A DNA stretch of 64,000 nt from positions 4,889 to 68,888 of the forward strand of contig CAYWUX010000001.1 of NCBI GenBank assembly GCA_964461525.1, in the 5' to 3' direction. The notes under the pieces were generated by a model. It did no database searches. It was given only the letters and a program-made list of their open reading frames with translations, and was not told the origin of the DNA. Source of the DNA: an uncultured Hyphomicrobiaceae bacterium (GTDB taxonomy: Bacteria > Pseudomonadota > Alphaproteobacteria > Rhizobiales > CAYWUX01). Each line of letters opens with the position of its first letter. The first letter of the stretch is position 1. Below are positions 61,119 through 64,000 of this stretch, in pieces. The translations under genes and the position numbers were made by a program.

Positions 61119-61913
61119 ATGGCGGGTCCACAGGGGACGAAAATCGCCGCGGGAGATTGCAGCAACTCTGGTTGCGACGTGCTGGCCGCAACGAAGGAGA
61201 ATGAATTGGGTGCTTGGATTGCTTTAGGTTTACTTATTGCGGCAGGTCTAATACTCCTGCTGAAGCATGACAGCGGAACTATCGCCGGCCTGGATCCCTC
61301 GCATTTTGCCGGCGTTATGGCCAGTCTGGCATTATTAATTTATCTAGGCGGCTCCCTGCTCCGGGGTTATCGACACTCAATAATCTCGGCCTTCAAAGAT
61401 ATCGTGATCTGGGCCGCATTTGCGTTGATTCTAATTGCTATTTATTCCTATCGGGTCGAACTTCTATCTGTCGCTCATCGAGTGGCCGGCGAACTGATGC
61501 CGGCGGGCACGGAAATTGTTCAGCCGACAGGTCCCGACGGCATGCAATCCGTCAAACTACGCCGTGGCAGTGATGGTCATTTTGTAACCCGCGCAATGGT
61601 TAACGGCGACCCTGTGAGTTTTATCGTGGATACCGGCGCCTCGTCTGTCGTGCTCAGACAAGAAGATGCGCTGCGCATTGGCGTAGATACACGCCAGCTG
61701 CGCTATGCCATACCGGTTCAGACTGCCAATGGTACGTCGTACGCCGCAAGAATTCGCCTGAAATCCATCCAGATCGGCAAAATTACTGCGAAAAATGTTG
61801 AAGCCCTCATCGCCAGGCCGGGAATGTTGCATCAAAGCCTTCTTGGTATGAGTTTTTTAAGCCGTTTGCGCTCTTATGAGTTTGAAGGAGACTATTTAAC
61901 GCTTCGGATCTGA
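61119..61913 (+). CDS. TIGR02281-type clan AA (retropepsin-like) aspartic protease, membrane anchored
   Basis: 264 aa. Three hydrophobic helices are followed by FIVDTGASSVVL (DTG active site) and the C-terminal LLGMSFLSRL block. Start codon uncertain. Confidence 0.82.
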   Translation: MAGPQGTKIAAGDCSNSGCDVLAATKENELGAWIALGLLIAAGLILLLKHDSGTIAGLDPSHFAGVMASLALLIYLGGSLLRGYRHSIISAFKDIVIWAAFALILIAIYSYRVELLSVAHRVAGELMPAGTEIVQPTGPDGMQSVKLRRGSDGHFVTRAMVNGDPVSFIVDTGASSVVLRQEDALRIGVDTRQLRYAIPVQTANGTSYAARIRLKSIQIGKITAKNVEALIARPGMLHQSLLGMSFLSRLRSYEFEGDYLTLRI

Positions 61914-61986
61914 AAGTACAGTTGATCCGCTGGCTGAATTCTTTCCTGACGTGTTAACATTTGCGTAAGAGGGGGAAAAACGGCGC

Positions 61987-62559
61987 ATGGTATCGAGTAC
62001 GCGGATTTGGCATTTTTTCAAAGAGGCTGGTATTTGGCTTGGAGTTTTTTTAATCGGGTTCAGTTCCCTGTACTATTTCCACGATCTCTCTAAGGGTGCG
62101 CGTATTCTGCTCGAATATGGCAAAGACATCTATCAGACATCCCCGCAAAAAGTTTCGAAGGCCGTTGCCCAAAAAGACCCGGCCGATGAATATGAGGAAC
62201 GGATTGAGGCAAACAAATTCGGACACTTTTATACAATGGCTGAAGTTAACGGCGAAGAACTCATGGTCCTCATTGATACAGGAGCCACGTTCGTCTCGCT
62301 GAACTACGAAGATGCCTTGAAAATCGGTTTTGATCCAATAGATCAAGATTTTACGATATTGATGCAGACTGCAAACGGGATCAAAAAAAGTGCGCCTGTA
62401 ATGCTGGACCGCGTTGAAATCGGAAATATCGAAGTTCGAAATGTACAGGCCATCATCAGTCCGCCCGGAACTTCATCTTCCAACCTGCTCGGCATGAGCT
62501 TTATCAACCAACTTGAACGTTTTGAACTGAACGGTGATGAACTGATCATGGCTCAGTAA
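61987..62559 (+). CDS. TIGR02281-type clan AA (retropepsin-like) aspartic protease, second tandem copy
   Basis: 190 aa. One N-terminal helix is followed by VLIDTGATFVSL and LLGMSFINQL. Confidence 0.85.
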   Translation: MVSSTRIWHFFKEAGIWLGVFLIGFSSLYYFHDLSKGARILLEYGKDIYQTSPQKVSKAVAQKDPADEYEERIEANKFGHFYTMAEVNGEELMVLIDTGATFVSLNYEDALKIGFDPIDQDFTILMQTANGIKKSAPVMLDRVEIGNIEVRNVQAIISPPGTSSSNLLGMSFINQLERFELNGDELIMAQ

Positions 62560-62917
62560 TTGTACACATTACAAAGATGTTCGGATTGGATTAAAAATCC
62601 AGTGTACACGTACACGTTTTGCCCGTATTTATTGGGCCAGAAAACCCCGGAAACTTCTGAACAAACAAACTGCGCAAGAAAAAGTGTTTACTATTTGTTT
62701 CGTCAAGAACCTATTCGCATTGACTGGCAATTCCGTCCTGGCTTTCAAGATTTTGGAGCATGACGGTAGATCAGCCTCAGTTCGTAGTTCATTCCATATA
62801 CAACATTTCGATATTTGACTCAGACGAAAGCAGAAAATAAAAGGCCAAATAAGTCTGAAGTCAGGAAACAATTAAAACATGGTTACCAAACAGTAAATCA
62901 AACGATGCGAGGCCCTG

Positions 62918-64000
62918 ATGTTTCCCACTCCGCGGCAAGACTTACAACCCAATACAGCAGAATTCGAGCGCTTTCCTCTGGTTAAGGAAACAGGGTTTCG
63001 TGAATATGATGCGCGTTGGCTGTTTCCTCAGGAAATCAACCTTATGGGATTGCAGGCCATAGGCCTGGGATTGGGAACGCTGTTCGGTCAAATGAATATC
63101 CCAATGCGTATCGTTGTCGGTCACGATTTTCGCTGGTATTCAGCTTCGGTAAAGCAGGCTCTTGTTAACGGTTTGCTGGCCTCCGGTATGGAGGTTTTTG
63201 ATATCGGCCTGGCACTCTCACCGATGGCTTACTTCGCTCAGTTCGATTTGGAGGTGGAAGGTGTCGCCATGATAACAGCGAGCCATAATGACAATGGCTG
63301 GACGGGTATTAAGATGGGTTATGAGCGGCCGTTGACCTTTGGCCCCGATGACATGATTGCGCTTAAAGAAATTGTGCTTGAGGGTAAGTTTCGGTTCACC
63401 GGAGGCGGCCGATATAATTATGTTGCTGATCTCAAAAAACGGTATCTTGATGACCTCGCCGACAGGCCGGAATTTACGAGAAAAATAAAACTGGTTGCCG
63501 CCTGTGGCAATGGCACGGCCGGTGATTTCGCACCTCAGCTTCTTGAAAGACTGGGGTGTGATGTCGTTCCACTACACACCCGGCTGGATCATTCGTTTCC
63601 AAATCATAACCCTAACCCCGAAGATCTGGAAATGCTTAATGCGATCTGTGATGTCGTCCTGGAATCTGGAGCGGACGTGGGGTTGGCGTTTGACGGCGAT
63701 GGGGACCGATGTGGCGTTGTGGACAATGAGGGAGAGGCTATTTATGCGGATAAAGTCGGGGTTATGCTTGCTCGCGACATATCGGGGCAGCACGAAAATG
63801 CTAAATTTGTGGTCGATGTAAAATCAACAGGACTGTTCCTGACGGATCCCGTCCTTATGAGTCATAAAGCCAAAACGGATTTCTGGAAAACGGGTCATTC
63901 ATATATTAAACGCTACAGCCACGAAAATAAGGTGCTGGTTGGATTTGAGAAATCCGGACATTTCTTTTTCAACCCGCCTATCGGACGAGGTTATGACGAC
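62918..64000 (+). CDS. phosphomannomutase/phosphoglucomutase (alpha-D-phosphohexomutase), 3' end beyond window
   Basis: Hand-translated because it has no stop in the window and is not in the track: MFPTPRQDLQPNTAEFERFPLVKETGFREYDARW... It has the active-site serine loop MITASHNDNGWTGIKMG and the Mg loop FDGDGDRCGVVD. The frame stays open to 64000. Confidence 0.9.
   Translation, partial: MFPTPRQDLQPNTAEFERFPLVKETGFREYDARWLFPQEINLMGLQAIGLGLGTLFGQMNIPMRIVVGHDFRWYSASVKQALVNGLLASGMEVFDIGLALSPMAYFAQFDLEVEGVAMITASHNDNGWTGIKMGYERPLTFGPDDMIALKEIVLEGKFRFTGGGRYNYVADLKKRYLDDLADRPEFTRKIKLVAACGNGTAGDFAPQLLERLGCDVVPLHTRLDHSFPNHNPNPEDLEMLNAICDVVLESGADVGLAFDGDGDRCGVVDNEGEAIYADKVGVMLARDISGQHENAKFVVDVKSTGLFLTDPVLMSHKAKTDFWKTGHSYIKRYSHENKVLVGFEKSGHFFFNPPIGRGYDD

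Noticed and set aside
1-64000. A search by eye for CRISPR arrays, tRNA or rRNA genes, IS elements, integrases and phage modules.
   Set aside because: I saw no regularly spaced repeats and no cloverleaf-compatible sequences in any intergenic gap. No transposase, integrase, reverse-transcriptase or capsid-like translation appears in the ORF track. A covariance-model scan (tRNAscan, Rfam) would be needed to exclude small RNAs formally.

Overview
This 64-kb window reads like core chromosome of a moderate-GC alphaproteobacterium. That assignment is an inference from family content: DUF2865, TIGR02281 retropepsin-like proteases, a psd-pssA pair, an Atm1-type ABC exporter and a class II DAHP synthase. 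I can support 53 protein-coding features. One is frameshifted, two are cut by the window edges, and one is a 50-aa gene missing from the ORF track. I found no rRNA, tRNA, CRISPR array, transposase, integrase or phage gene, and no canonical defence genes. Most genes are housekeeping (cysS, nadE, gor, rpiA, gabD, cimA, DAHP synthase, phospholipid synthesis) or ordinary accessory functions (PadR-MFP-RND efflux, GSTs, regulators). Five parts deserve a second look. (1) A decarboxylase / deoxyhypusine-synthase-like / agmatinase triad sits behind a 366-nt leader. (2) An SxtJ-like / DUF5989 / carbamoyltransferase cassette lies next to a CapD-type sugar dehydratase. (3) An exported caspase-fold protein with a DUF4384-like tail is flanked by a di-haem cytochrome c and a TusA-like protein. 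(4) An orphan six-TM histidine kinase is followed by two tandem membrane-anchored retropepsin-like proteases. (5) A 775-aa, largely disordered envelope protein ends in a poly-Arg/Lys tail. None of these is proven novel from sequence alone. All family calls come from motif reading, not from database searches.
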